A stretch of 64,000 nucleotides of DNA from an uncultured Gammaproteobacteria bacterium. Lineage in GTDB: Bacteria > Pseudomonadota > Gammaproteobacteria > HK1. The position numbers and the translations under genes are program-made. The stretch is taken from the NCBI GenBank assembly GCA_958295835.1, contig OY282378.1, positions 2,627,694 to 2,691,693 on the forward strand, written 5' to 3'. The stretch's first letter is position 1. Each line of letters starts with the position of its first letter. Positions 1 to 19,080 of this stretch are shown here, piece by piece. The notes under the pieces are model-generated. The model was given only the letters and a program-made list of their open reading frames with translations. It searched no databases and had not been told where the DNA came from.

Positions 1-3531
<3,531 letters not shown>

Positions 3532-3618
3532 CGCCGCATCACATATGGGCGGCGCATTCGGGAGCGAGAGCTCGGAGCAAGCTGGCAGCGTGGCCCTCGA
3601 TCGAGGGCGGAGGCCGAG

Positions 3619-6600
3619 ATGAGAGATCTACTCAATCTGCTGAAGCAGCAAGGCCAGATGGAAGGGTTCGATGCGATTCGAATCGGACTCGCATCTCCGG
3701 ACAAGATTCGGTCCTGGTCCTATGGTGAAGTAAAGAAGCCCGAAACCATCAATTACCGTACGTTCAAACCTGAACGTGACGGTTTGTTCTGCGCAAAGAT
3801 ATTCGGTCCCGTCAAGGACTACGAATGCCTGTGCGGCAAGTACAAGCGTCTGAAACACAGGGGCGTCATTTGCGAGAAATGTGGGGTCGAAGTCACCCTC
3901 ACGAAGGTTCGCCGCGAGCGTATGGGACACATCGAGCTTGCGAGTCCGGTCGCTCACATCTGGTACTTGAAGTCCTTGCCGTCGCGTATGGGCCTTCTCC
4001 TGGACATGACGCTGCGCGACATCGAGCGGATCCTCTATTTTGAAGCATTCGTCGTGAGCGATCCGGGAATGACGGATCTCGAGCGGGGCCAGTTGCTTAC
4101 CGACGAGATGTATCTGGATGCGCTCGAGAACTACGGTGACGATTTCGAAGCAAAGATGGGTGCGGAGGCAATCTACGAGCTGTTGCGCAGCATCGATCTC
4201 GACGAAGAAATTGCAACATTGCGGGAGGAGCTGCCGAAGACCGGGTCGGAGTCGAAGATCAAGAAGCTCTCGAAGCGCCTCAAGCTCATGGAGGCATTCC
4301 AGAGCTCCGGCAACAAACCCGAATGGATGGTGATGCGCGTATTGCCGGTGCTGCCGCCGGAGTTGCGGCCGCTCGTGCCGCTGGATGGCGGGCGTTTTGC
4401 GACCTCCGATCTCAACGATCTTTATCGGAGGGTCATCAATCGCAACAACCGCCTCAAGCGACTCCTCGCACTCAATGCACCCGATATCATAGTGCGCAAC
4501 GAAAAACGCATGCTGCAAGAGGCGGTTGATGCGCTGCTGGACAACGGGCGACGCGGCCGCGCGATCACCGGGGCCAACAAGCGTCCCCTCAAGTCGCTCG
4601 CCGACATGATCAAGGGCAAGCAGGGCCGTTTTCGGCAGAATCTGCTCGGCAAGCGCGTGGACTACTCGGGGCGTTCGGTCGTGGTCGTCGGCCCGACCCT
4701 GAAGCTGCATCAATGCGGGTTGCCGAAGAAGATGGCGCTCGAATTGTTCAAGCCGTTCGTATTCGGCAAGCTCCAGCTTCGCGGTCTCGCGACTACGATC
4801 AAGGCCGCAAAGAGGCTTGTCGAGCGAGAGGGTCCTGAGGTGTGGGACATCCTTGAAGAGGTCATCCGAGAGCATCCGGTGCTCCTCAACCGCGCCCCCA
4901 CGTTGCATCGGCTCGGCATCCAGGCGTTCGAGCCGGTGTTGATCGAAGGCAAGGCGATCCAGCTCCATCCGCTCGTATGCACCGCGTTCAACGCGGACTT
5001 CGACGGCGATCAGATGGCGGTCCACGTTCCGTTGTCTATCGAAGCCCAGCTCGAGGCGCGGACCTTGATGATGTCGACCAACAACATCCTGTCCCCGGCG
5101 CATGGCGAGCCGATCATCGTGCCGACCCAGGACGTGGTGCTCGGTTTGTACTACATGACGCGGGAACGGGTGGATGCGCACGGAACTGGAATGGTGTTCG
5201 CCGACGTCGCCGAGGTTCACCGGGCGTTTCAGTCCGGTGCGGTCGAGCTCCACGCGAAGATCAGGGCGCGCATCCGCGATGTCGTCTTCTCCGACGAAGG
5301 TGAAGAGATCGAGCGGGTTCAGTTGTGGAACACCACGGTCGGCCGGGCACTTCTTTCCGAGATCATGCCGCCCGGACTCTCGTTCGACCTCGTGAACCGC
5401 TTGATGGACAAGAAGGCGGTTTCATCGCTGATCAACGCCTGCTACCGCAGGGTGGGGTTGAAGGAGACGGTCGTGTTCGCCGACCAGCTCATGTACATGG
5501 GCTTCAACTACGCGACGCGCGCCGGTGTCTCCATTGGCGTAGAGGACATGGCGGTGCCGCCCGAGAAGAAATCGATCCTCGATACGGCGGAGAAGGCGGT
5601 GAAGGAGATCGAGGATCAGTACGCATCCGGTCTGGTGACACAGGGCGAGCGTTACAACAAGGTCGTCGACATCTGGTCGTACACCAACGAGCAGGTGGCC
5701 AAGGCGATGATGGAGAAAATCGGATCCGGCTCCGAGGACCAATTCAAACGGATGGTTGGTCGCATGATACGCCGGATACTCGAAGCTCACGACTACGAAT
5801 TGGAACAGAAAGTCGCCCAGGTCGACTCACGGGAGGGATTCTTCAAAACGGGCGCTGTGTACAAGAAGCGCATTGGCGGCGCCGCCGCTCGTGACGTACC
5901 AGAGAAGTACAAGACTTCTCGATTCGACCAGAAGATCTCGGAGGCGAAACTCGCAGAGGAGTTGTGGGACTACCTGAGGGATCCGAAAACCATCAAGCAG
6001 ATGAAGGAGGCTTGTAAGGATGAAAAGCCGGCGGTGACCTATGTACAGGAGGGTATCGCAAACATATTCAAGGGAGCACGAGAGGAGATCCGGCAGCTCG
6101 CGGAGCCGGAACCGTCGTTCAATTCGATCTTCATGATGGCCGACTCCGGGGCCCGCGGGTCCGCGGCGCAGATCCGGCAGCTCGCGGGAATGCGCGGCCT
6201 GATGGCCAAGCCGGACGGATCGATCATCGAGACGCCGATCACCGCGAACTTCCGCGAGGGTCTCGACGTTTTGCAGTACTTCATCTCCACGCACGGCGCC
6301 CGGAAGGGTTTGGCCGACACCGCGCTGAAGACCGCGAACTCGGGCTATCTCACGCGGCGTCTGGTCGATGTCGCGCAGGACCTCGTGGTGACCGAGGAGG
6401 ATTGCGGCACGGGCAACGGCCTGGTGCTCACGCCGCTTATCGAGGGCGGAGATGTGGTCGAGCCGTTGCGGGAGCGGGTGCTCGGGCGGGTGACGGCCAC
6501 CGAGCTGTATCGCCCTGGTGATTCCGAGGTCGCAATCGAGGCGGGGACCCTGCTCGACGAGCGGTGGGTGGATCGGCTTGAGCAACTCGGTATCGATGAG

Positions 6601-8175
6601 GTCCGGGTGCGCTCTCCGATCACCTGCGAGACGCGGTTCGGGGTATGCGGGGCCTGCTACGGGCGGGATCTCGCACGCGGCGAGCGAGTCAACATCGGAG
6701 AGTCGGTTGGCGTGGTCGCCGCACAGTCGATCGGAGAGCCGGGAACCCAGTTGACGATGCGCACGTTCCACATTGGCGGTGCGGCGTCGCGAGCCGCCGC
6801 GGTCGACAACGTCTCCGTCAAGGGCGACGGTGTGGTCCGGCTCCACAATCTGCGGGTCGTGCATCACGCGGATGGACACTATGTCGCGGTCACGCGCTCC
6901 GGCGAATTGTCGGTCGGCGACGAGTTCGGCCGCGAGCGCGAGCGGTACAAAATCCCCTACGGTGCCGTACTCTCGGTGGGCGACGGAGACTCGGTGGCCG
7001 GTGGTCAGATGGTGGCGAACTGGGATCCCCATACTCATCCGGTGGTCTCGGAGGTCGCCGGTCGCGTCCGGTTCAGCGACGTGGTGGACGGCGTGACGGT
7101 GCAGTCGCAGGTCGACGAGGTGACTGGGCTTACGCGGATCGTGGTCATGGATCCCAAACAGCGTAGCGCCGCGGCGAAGGATCTGCGCCCGATGGTGCGC
7201 CTGGTCGACGAGAACGAGGAAGAGCTCCGATTCCCGGGGACCGATGCCCTCGCTCATTACATACTTTCTCCCGGTGCGATCATCACCGCCCAAGAAGGCG
7301 GTGAGGTCGGGATCGGCGACGACATCGCCAGGATGCCGCAGGAATCAACCAAGACCCGCGACATCACCGGAGGCCTGCCCCGGGTCGCGGATCTGTTCGA
7401 GGCACGCAAGCCGAAGGAGGCGGCGGTACTGGCCGAGGTGAGCGGAACGGTCAGCTTCGGCAAGGAGACCAAGGGCAAGCAGCGTCTCATCATCACCGAT
7501 GAGGATGGGGTTCCGCACGATCACCTCGTGCCGAAATGGCGCCACATCGTCGTGTTCGAGGGCGAACACGTCGAGCAGGGTGAGGTTGTGGTCGATGGAA
7601 TGCCGAGTTCGCATGACATTCTTCGTTTGCTCGGGGTGAGTGCGCTTGCGAGCTACATAGTGAACGAGGTGCAGGAGGTCTACCGGCTCCAGGGTGTGAA
7701 GATCAATGACAAGCACATCGAGGTCATCGTGCGTCAGATGCTGCGCAAGGCCGAGATTGACAAGCCCGGTGACACGAAGTTGCTGCGCGGGGAGCAACTC
7801 GACCGTGCCAGGGTGCTGGAGGAGAACGAGCGGGTCTGTGCCGAGGGCGGTGAGCCGGCTACTTGGTCGCCGGTGCTGCTCGGCATCACCAAGGCATCCC
7901 TGGCGACCGAATCCTTCATTTCCGCCGCGTCGTTCCAGGAGACGACCCGGGTGCTTACCGAGGCGTCCGTCAATGGGAAGATCGACGAGCTGCGCGGACT
8001 CAAGGAGAATGTCATTGTCGGTCGGCTTATTCCATCCGGCACCGGCTTGGCGTATCACGAGGATCGACGCAGGCGTCAGGCACTCGACGAAGAGCCGCTG
8101 GAACCGGAGGCGGTGGAGGCGGCGCTCGCCAATGCGTTGGCCGAAGAGGGTATGCGTTCCGAGCAGTCGGGTTAG
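3619..8175 (+). CDS. rpoC: RNA polymerase beta' subunit with in-frame insertion
   Basis: Catalytic NADFDGD, N-terminal Zn-finger cysteines, [13 protein letters not shown] trigger-loop motif; GGAGG ribosome-binding site. Confidence 0.99.
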   Translation: MRDLLNLLKQQGQMEGFDAIRIGLASPDKIRSWSYGEVKKPETINYRTFKPERDGLFCAKIFGPVKDYECLCGKYKRLKHRGVICEKCGVEVTLTKVRRERMGHIELASPVAHIWYLKSLPSRMGLLLDMTLRDIERILYFEAFVVSDPGMTDLERGQLLTDEMYLDALENYGDDFEAKMGAEAIYELLRSIDLDEEIATLREELPKTGSESKIKKLSKRLKLMEAFQSSGNKPEWMVMRVLPVLPPELRPLVPLDGGRFATSDLNDLYRRVINRNNRLKRLLALNAPDIIVRNEKRMLQEAVDALLDNGRRGRAITGANKRPLKSLADMIKGKQGRFRQNLLGKRVDYSGRSVVVVGPTLKLHQCGLPKKMALELFKPFVFGKLQLRGLATTIKAAKRLVEREGPEVWDILEEVIREHPVLLNRAPTLHRLGIQAFEPVLIEGKAIQLHPLVCTAFNADFDGDQMAVHVPLSIEAQLEARTLMMSTNNILSPAHGEPIIVPTQDVVLGLYYMTRERVDAHGTGMVFADVAEVHRAFQSGAVELHAKIRARIRDVVFSDEGEEIERVQLWNTTVGRALLSEIMPPGLSFDLVNRLMDKKAVSSLINACYRRVGLKETVVFADQLMYMGFNYATRAGVSIGVEDMAVPPEKKSILDTAEKAVKEIEDQYASGLVTQGERYNKVVDIWSYTNEQVAKAMMEKIGSGSEDQFKRMVGRMIRRILEAHDYELEQKVAQVDSREGFFKTGAVYKKRIGGAAARDVPEKYKTSRFDQKISEAKLAEELWDYLRDPKTIKQMKEACKDEKPAVTYVQEGIANIFKGAREEIRQLAEPEPSFNSIFMMADSGARGSAAQIRQLAGMRGLMAKPDGSIIETPITANFREGLDVLQYFISTHGARKGLADTALKTANSGYLTRRLVDVAQDLVVTEEDCGTGNGLVLTPLIEGGDVVEPLRERVLGRVTATELYRPGDSEVAIEAGTLLDERWVDRLEQLGIDEVRVRSPITCETRFGVCGACYGRDLARGERVNIGESVGVVAAQSIGEPGTQLTMRTFHIGGAASRAAAVDNVSVKGDGVVRLHNLRVVHHADGHYVAVTRSGELSVGDEFGRERERYKIPYGAVLSVGDGDSVAGGQMVANWDPHTHPVVSEVAGRVRFSDVVDGVTVQSQVDEVTGLTRIVVMDPKQRSAAAKDLRPMVRLVDENEEELRFPGTDALAHYILSPGAIITAQEGGEVGIGDDIARMPQESTKTRDITGGLPRVADLFEARKPKEAAVLAEVSGTVSFGKETKGKQRLIITDEDGVPHDHLVPKWRHIVVFEGEHVEQGEVVVDGMPSSHDILRLLGVSALASYIVNEVQEVYRLQGVKINDKHIEVIVRQMLRKAEIDKPGDTKLLRGEQLDRARVLEENERVCAEGGEPATWSPVLLGITKASLATESFISAASFQETTRVLTEASVNGKIDELRGLKENVIVGRLIPSGTGLAYHEDRRRRQALDEEPLEPEAVEAALANALAEEGMRSEQSG

Positions 8176-8192
8176 TCGGCAGGGCCGGAAGT

Positions 8193-8210
8193 CCGGCAAC
8201 GCGTTGCCGG
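8193..8210. repeat. Perfect 18-bp palindrome just after rpoC
   Basis: CCGGCAACGCGTTGCCGG is its own reverse complement; no U-tract, so a terminator role is uncertain. Confidence 0.5.
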
Positions 8211-8292
8211 CGGGGCGGTGTGCATTCTCTCGCACATCGGCCCTCCGGGCCGGCGATGACCGATTGAAATCGAGTTGGAGCCGATACAAGAC

Positions 8293-8321
8293 TTGACGAT
8301 CCCATGAAATCTCCATAAAGT
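8293..8321 (+). promoter_or_regulatory. Sigma70 promoter of the str (rpsL) operon
   Basis: TTGACG-17 bp-TAAAGT followed by GC-rich discriminator CCGCCGGC. Confidence 0.7.
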
Positions 8322-8497
8322 CCGCCGGCTTGTATTCCGTGAGCGGCTCAGGTCCGTGACGCCGTGATCAACCATCAGATTTGCGGGCCCGGAGATCGAC
8401 TCACGACGCGACTTCGCTCCGGATGGCTGCTTCAGGCGTTCGGGGCACTCCTTGGGTCGGGGACTTGGGACCATTCATCCAGAGCGGACGGGAACGT

Positions 8498-8872
8498 ATG
8501 TCGACGATCAACCAGTTGGTGCGCAATCCGCGCAAGCGTCAGCGCAAGAAGAGCAATGTTCCTGCGCTGCAGAGCTGTCCGCAGCGCAGGGGGGTATGTA
8601 CGCGCGTCTATACCACGACGCCGAAGAAGCCCAACTCTGCGCTACGAAAGGTCGCGAAGGTTCGGCTGACGAGCGGCGAGGAAGTCATCACCTATATCGG
8701 CGGTGAAGGACATAATCTCCAGGAGCACTCGGTTATTCTGATTCGAGGGGGACGGGTGAAGGATCTCCCGGGGGTCAGATATCATGTTGTTCGTGGCAGC
8801 CTGGATACGTCGGGTGTCTCAGACCGCCGTCAAGGTCGATCCAAGTACGGTGCGAAGCGCCCCAAGGGCTGA
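8498..8872 (+). CDS. rpsL: 30S ribosomal protein S12
   Basis: MSTINQLVR...[13 protein letters not shown]...[10 protein letters not shown]; start reassigned to ATG 8498. Confidence 0.99.
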   Translation: MSTINQLVRNPRKRQRKKSNVPALQSCPQRRGVCTRVYTTTPKKPNSALRKVAKVRLTSGEEVITYIGGEGHNLQEHSVILIRGGRVKDLPGVRYHVVRGSLDTSGVSDRRQGRSKYGAKRPKG

Positions 8873-8883
8873 GGTAACGGGCA

Positions 8884-9354
8884 ATGCCGCGACGTCGTGA
8901 AATCCCGCAACGCACCATTCTTCCGGATCCGAAGTTCGGGGATGGCACGCTCGCCAAGTTCATGAACGTTCTCATGCTTGATGGAAAGAAATCCGTTGCG
9001 GAGCGGATGGTCTACGGTGCGCTCGATGCCGTTGCCAAACGCACCAAGGAAGATCCGATTGAAGTGTTCAACCGGGCACTTGACAACGTGCGTCCTGTGG
9101 TCGAGGTGAAATCGCGTCGGGTCGGCGGCGCCACCTACCAGGTCCCAGTGGAAGTACGGTCTTCACGCAGGACCGCGCTCGCCATGCGGTGGCTCGTCGA
9201 CGCAGCGCGACGGCGTAACGAAAAATCGATGGGTCAACGCCTTGCTCAGGAGTTCATTGACGCATCCGAGAACCGTGGAACTGCGGTAAAAAAGCGCGAA
9301 GATACGCATCGCATGGCGGAAGCCAACAAGGCGTTTTCGCACTACCGCTGGTAG
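8884..9354 (+). CDS. rpsG: 30S ribosomal protein S7
   Basis: MPRRR...[12 protein letters not shown]...[12 protein letters not shown]. Confidence 0.99.
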   Translation: MPRRREIPQRTILPDPKFGDGTLAKFMNVLMLDGKKSVAERMVYGALDAVAKRTKEDPIEVFNRALDNVRPVVEVKSRRVGGATYQVPVEVRSSRRTALAMRWLVDAARRRNEKSMGQRLAQEFIDASENRGTAVKKREDTHRMAEANKAFSHYRW

Positions 9355-9412
9355 CGTTCCTGCCATGTCACATAGTTCACGGCTCGACGGACGCGCAACA
9401 GGAATTTTTCAG

Positions 9413-11512
<2,100 letters not shown>

Positions 11513-11550
11513 TTCGGTCTCTAGATCCACGCCTTTTCGAGGGAGCCGCC

Positions 11551-12741
<1,191 letters not shown>

Positions 12742-12745
12742 GACA

Positions 12746-13057
12746 ATGGCTAATCAAGTAATCAGAATTCGTCTCAAGGCTTTCGATCACAAGCTGATCG
12801 ATCAATCGGCGGCGGAAATCGTCGATACCGCGCGTCGGACCGGGGCGATGGTCAAAGGACCGATTCCATTGCCGACGAGAAAGGAGCGCTACACGATCCT
12901 GGTATCTCCACACGTGAACAAGGATGCGCGCGATCAGTACGAGCTCAGGACTCACAAGCGGATACTCGATATTGTGAATCCAACCGACAAGACAGTAGAT
13001 GCATTGATGAAGCTCGATCTCGCTGCCGGTGTGGATGTCCAGATCAAGCTGAACTGA
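12746..13057 (+). CDS. rpsJ: 30S ribosomal protein S10
   Basis: [15 protein letters not shown]...GPIPLPT...[13 protein letters not shown]. Confidence 0.99.
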   Translation: MANQVIRIRLKAFDHKLIDQSAAEIVDTARRTGAMVKGPIPLPTRKERYTILVSPHVNKDARDQYELRTHKRILDIVNPTDKTVDALMKLDLAAGVDVQIKLN

Positions 13058-13075
13058 ATGCGGGGGCAGGAAAGA

Positions 13076-13717
13076 ATGTCTATTGGACTGGTAGGGCGCA
13101 AGGCGGGTATGACACGCCTGTTCACCGACACGGGTGAATCCGTTCCGGTGACTGTCGTGGTCGTGGAACCGAACCGCGTAACCTGTCTCAAGACACAAGA
13201 GAAAGATGGCTATCGCGCCATACAGTTGACCGCAGGAACGAAGAAGCCGAGTCGAGTGTCGAAGCCGCAAGCCGGGCACTTGGCGAAAAACGGTGTCGAA
13301 GCGGGAGAGGGGTTATGGGAGTTTCGCCTCGACGACGGCGAAGGGGATGGACTGGCTCCTGGTCGCACCCTTGACGTGACGGCATTCAAGGCGGGTCAGA
13401 AGATTGATGCAACGGGAACGAGCATTGGCAAGGGTTACGCCGGCGTGGTCAAACGGCACAACTTCCGCACTCAGGACGCATCGCACGGAAATTCGCTCGC
13501 ACACCGCGCTCCTGGTTCGATTGGTCAGAATCAGACGCCGGGACGTGTATTCAAGGGCAAGCGGATGGCTGGACACATGGGCGCCGTTCGCCGGACCGCA
13601 CAGAATCTCGAGATCGTACGGATCGATGAGGCGCGAAATGCGATCTTGATCAAGGGTGCCGTCCCGGGCCCGAAGGGCGGACGGATCATCGTGCGCCCGG
13701 CTGTCAAAGTACCTTGA
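13076..13717 (+). CDS. rplC: 50S ribosomal protein L3
   Basis: [26 protein letters not shown]. Confidence 0.99.
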   Translation: MSIGLVGRKAGMTRLFTDTGESVPVTVVVVEPNRVTCLKTQEKDGYRAIQLTAGTKKPSRVSKPQAGHLAKNGVEAGEGLWEFRLDDGEGDGLAPGRTLDVTAFKAGQKIDATGTSIGKGYAGVVKRHNFRTQDASHGNSLAHRAPGSIGQNQTPGRVFKGKRMAGHMGAVRRTAQNLEIVRIDEARNAILIKGAVPGPKGGRIIVRPAVKVP

Positions 13718-13736
13718 GGCAGGGAAGGAAAGCGAG

Positions 13737-14351
13737 ATGCAGGTCAACGTCGTATCAGGTGCAGGAGACACCGGCTCAGTGGATCTCGCCGACCGTACGT
13801 TCGCAGTTGATTACAACGAGGCGCTCGTGCACCAGGTTGTCTCCGCGTACATGGCTGGAGGCCGTCGTGGGACGAAGTCGCGGAAATCACGCGCCGAGGT
13901 ACGTGGCGGTGGCGCGAAACCTTGGCGCCAGAAGGGGATTGGACGGGCACGAGCCGGCAGTATCCGCAGCCCAATCTGGCGTGGTGGCGGTGCGACGTTC
14001 GCCGCAAAGCCTCGAAGCTTCGAGCAGAAGGTGAATCGCAAGATGTACCGGGGCGCGATGAGGTCCATTCTTTCCGAGTTGATTCGCCGGGAGCGGCTCC
14101 TCGTGGTGCAGGATTTCGCATTTGAGAAGCCGAAGACGAAGGATCTGGTGGCCCGACTCACGGCGTTGGGGCTTGCCGATGCACTCATCATCACCGCGGA
14201 GAAAGACGATACGCTCGCTCTTGCGTCCCGCAACCTGCACCGCGTAGCCGTGCAACATTGTGCAGAAGTGAGTCCCGTGAGTCTGCTCTCCTTCGATAAG
14301 GTCGTGATGACCGTGATCGCCGCCAAACGAATTGAGGAGCGATTCGCGTGA
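13737..14351 (+). CDS. rplD: 50S ribosomal protein L4
   Basis: [28 protein letters not shown]. Confidence 0.98.
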   Translation: MQVNVVSGAGDTGSVDLADRTFAVDYNEALVHQVVSAYMAGGRRGTKSRKSRAEVRGGGAKPWRQKGIGRARAGSIRSPIWRGGGATFAAKPRSFEQKVNRKMYRGAMRSILSELIRRERLLVVQDFAFEKPKTKDLVARLTALGLADALIITAEKDDTLALASRNLHRVAVQHCAEVSPVSLLSFDKVVMTVIAAKRIEERFA

Positions 14352-14650
14352 ACGATGAACGGCTCATGAGTATTCTCATCGCTCCCCATGTATCGGAAAA
14401 AAGCACCCGAATCGCGGATGGCTCGAACCAGATCACGTTCCGGGTGCGAGTCGATGCTCGCAAACCCGAAATCCACCGGGCGGTGGAGAAAATGTTCAAT
14501 GTTGAGGTGGAAACGGTTTCGGTGTTGAACGTGAAGGGCAAGAACAAAGGCTTCCGTGGCAGAAATCGCGGTCGACGTTCGGATTGGCGCAAGGCCTACG
14601 TCCGGCTGAAGCCCGGTCATGACATCGACTTCATCGGTCCGGTGGGGTAA
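14348..14650 (+). CDS. rplW: 50S ribosomal protein L23
   Basis: PHVSEKS...WRKAYVRL; synteny. Confidence 0.98.
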   Translation: MNDERLMSILIAPHVSEKSTRIADGSNQITFRVRVDARKPEIHRAVEKMFNVEVETVSVLNVKGKNKGFRGRNRGRRSDWRKAYVRLKPGHDIDFIGPVG

Positions 14651-14670
14651 CCAGCACGGAGTACGAATTC

Positions 14671-15501
14671 ATGGCTGTGATTCAAGCAAAGCCTACTTCT
14701 GCCGGTCGCCGGTTTGTCGTCAAGGTGAAGACGGACGAGTTGTACAAGGGAGATCCGTATGAGCCGTTGCTCGCCAGGAAGGCTCGTACCGGTGGCCGCA
14801 ACAACAAGGGCCGCATAACCATGCGGCATCGAGGTGGCGGTCACAAGCAGCGTTATCGGATCGTCGATTTCAAACGTGCAAAGGACGGCATTCCGGCGAA
14901 GGTGGAGCGGATCGAGTACGATCCCAATCGTAGCGCTCATATCGCCTTGCTGCTTTACGCCGATGGTGAGCGACGGTATATCATCGCTCCCCGTGGCGTT
15001 GCCAAGGGCGACAAGTTGATGTCAGGTCGCGGGGCGGCGATTCGACCTGGCAATTGCCTGTTGTTGAGTGATATACCTGTGGGCAGCACGGTACACTGCG
15101 TAGAGTTCAAGCCTGGGAAGGGTGCTCAAATCGCACGTAGCGCCGGTGCGAGTGTACAGTTGGCTGCGCGTGAAGGCAGTTTCGCAACGTTGCGGCTTCG
15201 GTCCGGTGAGCTGCGCAAGGTGCCCGTGGTGTGCCGTGCGACCATCGGCGAGGTCGGTAATCCGGAGCACTCGTTGCGTTCGCTTGGCAAGGCGGGCGCG
15301 ACGCGCTGGCGCGGACGCCGGCCAACCGTGCGCGGTGTTGCAATGAATCCCGTCGATCATCCGCACGGGGGCGGAGAAGGCCGGTCTTCAGGTGGTCGGC
15401 ATCCGGTGACGCCTTGGGGGGTGCCGACGAAGGGACACAAGACGCGGCGGAACAAGAGAACCTCAACGATGATCGTTCGTCGCAGGAATAGACGCAAGTA
15501 A
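14671..15501 (+). CDS. rplB: 50S ribosomal protein L2
   Basis: [25 protein letters not shown]. Confidence 0.99.
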   Translation: MAVIQAKPTSAGRRFVVKVKTDELYKGDPYEPLLARKARTGGRNNKGRITMRHRGGGHKQRYRIVDFKRAKDGIPAKVERIEYDPNRSAHIALLLYADGERRYIIAPRGVAKGDKLMSGRGAAIRPGNCLLLSDIPVGSTVHCVEFKPGKGAQIARSAGASVQLAAREGSFATLRLRSGELRKVPVVCRATIGEVGNPEHSLRSLGKAGATRWRGRRPTVRGVAMNPVDHPHGGGEGRSSGGRHPVTPWGVPTKGHKTRRNKRTSTMIVRRRNRRK

Positions 15502-15515
15502 GGGGATACGTCACT

Positions 15516-15791
15516 GTGCCACGCTCGATCAAGAAAGGCCCGTTCGTCGACAACCATCTTCTTCGTAAGGTCGAGGCAGCTCGGGCCGTGAACAGCAGAC
15601 GGCCTATCCGAACATGGTCGCGGCGGTCGATGGTAATCCCGGACATGATCGGACTCACGATCGCTGTGCATAACGGCAGGCAGCACGTTCCGGTACTCGT
15701 GACGGAGAACATGGTGGGTCACAAGCTCGGTGAGTTCGCGCCGACTCGTACGTTTCGCGGTCATGCCGCCGACCGGAAAGCTAAAAAGTAG
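15516..15791 (+). CDS. rpsS: 30S ribosomal protein S19
   Basis: [10 protein letters not shown]...[13 protein letters not shown]. Confidence 0.99.
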   Translation: MPRSIKKGPFVDNHLLRKVEAARAVNSRRPIRTWSRRSMVIPDMIGLTIAVHNGRQHVPVLVTENMVGHKLGEFAPTRTFRGHAADRKAKK

Positions 15792-15814
15792 GGCAGCCGG
15801 GAGCGACGACACTG

Positions 15815-16153
15815 ATGGAAGCATCCGCGACATTGCGACATGCGCGTCTGTCCCCGCAGAAGGCAAGGCTCGTTGCCGATCAACTTCGGGGCTTGCCGGT
15901 GGAACGAGCCATTGAGATTCTGACTTTTGGCAGACGCAAGGCCGCATCGACGTTGAAGAAGGTGCTGGAGTCCGCGGTCGCCAATGCGGAACACAACGAA
16001 GGCGCCGATGTTGACGAGCTCCGGGTCGGCACCGTCCATGTCGATCAGGGCCCGACTTTTCGCAGGCATCGGGCCCGAGCCCGTGGCAGGGCGAGCAGGA
16101 TCACAAAACGCACGAGTCACATCACGCTGACCGTGACCGACGAGCGGAGATGA
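15815..16153 (+). CDS. rplV: 50S ribosomal protein L22
   Basis: [10 protein letters not shown]...RARGRA...KRTSHIT. Confidence 0.99.
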   Translation: MEASATLRHARLSPQKARLVADQLRGLPVERAIEILTFGRRKAASTLKKVLESAVANAEHNEGADVDELRVGTVHVDQGPTFRRHRARARGRASRITKRTSHITLTVTDERR

Positions 16154-16158
16154 TGTCA

Positions 16159-16833
16159 ATGGGGCAGAAAGTAAATCCGATCGGTATTCGGCTCGGGATC
16201 GTGAAGGACTGGTCATCGACTTGGTATGCGGAACGTGGCGAGTATGCGGACAATTTGAACACCGATATCGAGGTGCGTACCTATATCCGCAAGAAACTCG
16301 GTCATGCTTCAGTCAGCCGCATTCAAATCGAGCGCCCCGCAAAGAATGCTCGCATTGCTGTTCACACGGCACGACCGGGGATTGTAATCGGAAAGAAAGG
16401 CGAGGACATCGAAGCCCTGAGGCGAGAGATCTCGCACAAGATGGGTATTCCGGTACACATCAGTGTTGAAGAAATCAGAAAGCCGGAGCTTGATGCATAT
16501 CTTGTCGCGGAAAGCGTCGCGAACCAGCTTGAGCGACGCATTATGTTCCGGCGCGCAATGCGTCGCGCGGTGACGAATGCCATGCGGCTGGGAGCCAAAG
16601 GGATCAAGGTTCGGGTTTCCGGTCGCTTGAATGGTGCGGAGATAGCGCGCTCCGAGTGGTATCGGGAAGGGCGTGTACCACTACACACGCTACGTGCGGA
16701 TATTGACTACGGGTTCGCGGAAGCCAGGACCACCTATGGCGTGATCGGAGTGAAGACGTGGATCTTCAAGGGAGAGATTTTTGGTCGTGGTGAGACGGTT
16801 AAAGGAGCGCAGTCCGAGGCTGCGATCGCTTGA
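16159..16833 (+). CDS. rpsC: 30S ribosomal protein S3
   Basis: [13 protein letters not shown]...[14 protein letters not shown]. Confidence 0.99.
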   Translation: MGQKVNPIGIRLGIVKDWSSTWYAERGEYADNLNTDIEVRTYIRKKLGHASVSRIQIERPAKNARIAVHTARPGIVIGKKGEDIEALRREISHKMGIPVHISVEEIRKPELDAYLVAESVANQLERRIMFRRAMRRAVTNAMRLGAKGIKVRVSGRLNGAEIARSEWYREGRVPLHTLRADIDYGFAEARTTYGVIGVKTWIFKGEIFGRGETVKGAQSEAAIA

Positions 16834-16847
16834 GGAGATGAGATGCC

Positions 16848-17261
16848 ATGATGCAGCCAAAGAGAACCAAGTATCGCAAGCAGCAAAAAGGTCGTAATCG
16901 TGGGCTTGCAGCTACTGGAAATCGTGTGAGCTTCGGCGAGTACGGAATGAAGGCCGTGACCCGTGGCCGTATCACTGCCCGCCAGATCGAGGCGGCTCGA
17001 CGGGCGATTACCCGCAAGGTCAAGCGGGGGGCGAAGATCTGGATTCGCATCTTTCCGGACAAACCGATAACCAAGAAGCCACTGGAGGTCCGCCAGGGGA
17101 AGGGCAAGGGCAACGTTGAGTACTGGGTGGCTCGGGTTCAGCCGGGTCGGATGTTGTACGAGATGCAGGGCGTCGATGAGGAGTTGGCACGCCAGGCATT
17201 TCGACTCGCGGCCGCCAAGTTGCCCGTGCAGACGACATTCGTAATCCGGGCTGCGATTTGA
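16848..17261 (+). CDS. rplP: 50S ribosomal protein L16
   Basis: QPKRTKYRK...RQGKGKG...AAAKLP. Confidence 0.99.
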   Translation: MMQPKRTKYRKQQKGRNRGLAATGNRVSFGEYGMKAVTRGRITARQIEAARRAITRKVKRGAKIWIRIFPDKPITKKPLEVRQGKGKGNVEYWVARVQPGRMLYEMQGVDEELARQAFRLAAAKLPVQTTFVIRAAI

Positions 17262-17452
17262 TGAACGCCCTGGAGTTGAGAGCAAAGAGTGATGACGAGC
17301 TCCGGAAGGATCTGCTTGATCTGAGCCGGGAAGCTTTTAACCTCCGAATGCAGAAGGGAATCGGACAGTTGTCTCGGCCAAGTCAGATCAAGTCGTTGCG
17401 GCGCGACATCGCCCGGATAAAGACGATCTTGAGTGAGCGGGAGCGAACATGA
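17261..17452 (+). CDS. rpmC: 50S ribosomal protein L29
   Basis: ELR...FNLRMQ...RRDIARIKT. Confidence 0.98.
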   Translation: MNALELRAKSDDELRKDLLDLSREAFNLRMQKGIGQLSRPSQIKSLRRDIARIKTILSERERT

Positions 17453-17739
17453 GCGAATCGGCATCTCCTGATACAGTGTCTCCGGGCGCGAAGATTGTCA
17501 CCCGCCCGCTGGTCGGGAGAGTGGTAAGTGACAAGATGAACAAGACCGTGACGGTGTTGGTGGAACGACGTGTGAAACATCCTCTGTACAAGAAGTACAT
17601 CCGCCGCTCAACGAGAATTCATGCTCACGACGAGGTCAACGCCTGCAATGTGGGTGACGCAGTCTCAATCGTGCAGTGTCGGCCATTGTCCAGGACGAAG
17701 GCATGGCGGGTACAGGAGATCATCGCGCGCGCGAAATGA
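17449..17739 (+). CDS. rpsQ: 30S ribosomal protein S17
   Basis: [11 protein letters not shown]...HPLYKK...RPLSRTK. Confidence 0.98.
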   Translation: MSESASPDTVSPGAKIVTRPLVGRVVSDKMNKTVTVLVERRVKHPLYKKYIRRSTRIHAHDEVNACNVGDAVSIVQCRPLSRTKAWRVQEIIARAK

Positions 17740-17772
17740 TTGTAATTCCGACTAATCGATTGAGATGAACAA

Positions 17773-18141
17773 ATGATACAAATGCAATCCATGCTTGATG
17801 CAGCCGACAATAGCGGTGCTCGCAGGCTGATGTGTGTCAAGGTGCTCGGGGGTTCGAAGCGCCGCTATGCCGGGATTGGGGATGTAGTGAAGGTCGCCGT
17901 CAAGGAAGCGATTCCGCGTGGAAAGGTCAGGAAGGGAGAGATGCACAATGCGGTGATCGTGCGTACACGCAAGGGAGTCCGGCGTCCTGACGGCTCACTC
18001 ATCAGGTTCGATCGTAATGCCGCAGTATTGTTGACGAACCAATTGCAGCCAATTGGTACGCGTATCTTTGGCCCCGTGACACGAGAATTGCGCCGGGGAC
18101 GATTCATGAAGATTGTTTCGCTGGCGCCGGAAGTGCTCTAA
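17773..18141 (+). CDS. rplN: 50S ribosomal protein L14
   Basis: ADNSGA...GTRIFGPV...SLAPEVL. Confidence 0.99.
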   Translation: MIQMQSMLDAADNSGARRLMCVKVLGGSKRRYAGIGDVVKVAVKEAIPRGKVRKGEMHNAVIVRTRKGVRRPDGSLIRFDRNAAVLLTNQLQPIGTRIFGPVTRELRRGRFMKIVSLAPEVL

Positions 18142-18145
18142 GGTC

Positions 18146-18472
18146 ATGGCAATTCGGAAAATCAGAAAAGGTGACGAAGTCGTCATCCTGGCAGGTCGCA
18201 ACCGGGGCCAACGAGGTAATGTGTTGTCGGTAGATACAGGTCGCGATCGGGTCGTCGTCGAAGGTGTCAACCTCGCCCGGCGGCATACTCGACCGAATCC
18301 TCAGCAAGGGGTTTCGGGTGGAATCATCGAGAAGGAGATGTCGATCCACGTTTCCAATGTTGCGTTATTCAACCCGGTCACGGGTCAGGGCGATCGAATC
18401 GGCGTCAAGAAATTGGAAGACGGTCGGAAAGTTCGGATTTTCAAGTCTACAGGTGAAGTAGTTGATCTCTGA
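18146..18472 (+). CDS. rplX: 50S ribosomal protein L24
   Basis: KOW motif [10 protein letters not shown]; VEGVN; IHVSNV. Confidence 0.98.
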   Translation: MAIRKIRKGDEVVILAGRNRGQRGNVLSVDTGRDRVVVEGVNLARRHTRPNPQQGVSGGIIEKEMSIHVSNVALFNPVTGQGDRIGVKKLEDGRKVRIFKSTGEVVDL

Positions 18473-18519
18473 CCGGCATGCGGCGGATGTGTGCTAGTCG
18501 GATCGAGAGGCAGGAAGAA

Positions 18520-19062
18520 ATGGCGAGGCTTCAGGATCTGTACCGTAAATCCATTGCTCCGGAACTCAGGAAGCGATTCGGTTACGCTTGCGTCATGCAG
18601 GTTCCCCGAGTGGAGAAAATTACACTCAACATGGGTGTGGGTGAGGCGGTCGGCGACAAGAAGATCCTGGAGCACGCCGTCAATGACCTGCAGTTGATCT
18701 CCGGACAGCAGCCGATTGTTACGAAGGCAAGAAATTCCGTCGCTGGATTCAAGATTCGCGAGGGCTGGCCCATCGGATGCAAGGTGACTCTACGGCGAGG
18801 GCGTATGTACGAGTTCCTTGATCGACTGATCAATATCGCCATACCCAGAACGCGAGATTTTCGAGGGTTCAGCTCCCGGGCCTTCGACGGCCGTGGTAAT
18901 TACAGTCTGGGGATCAGGGAGCAGATTGTGTTCCCCGAAATTGATTACGACAAGATGGATGCAATACGAGGTTTGGACATCGCGATCACGACATCCGCGG
19001 TTACGGATGAAGAAGCATTGGCTCTACTGACGGGGTTCAAGTTTCCGTTCCGTCGAAACTGA
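18520..19062 (+). CDS. rplE: 50S ribosomal protein L5
   Basis: [10 protein letters not shown]...[10 protein letters not shown]...EQIVFPEI. Confidence 0.99.
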   Translation: MARLQDLYRKSIAPELRKRFGYACVMQVPRVEKITLNMGVGEAVGDKKILEHAVNDLQLISGQQPIVTKARNSVAGFKIREGWPIGCKVTLRRGRMYEFLDRLINIAIPRTRDFRGFSSRAFDGRGNYSLGIREQIVFPEIDYDKMDAIRGLDIAITTSAVTDEEALALLTGFKFPFRRN

Positions 19063-19080
19063 CCCCGGGGAGCAGATGAA

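Noticed and set aside
5725-6114. RpoC insert as an intein or group I/II intron
   Set aside because: No Hint-domain blocks or His-Asn end (the FN|S is native RpoC sequence); in frame with no endonuclease or RT motifs
18473-18545. S8 autoregulatory operator at the rplE start
   Set aside because: The E. coli-type helix could not be convincingly formed by eye
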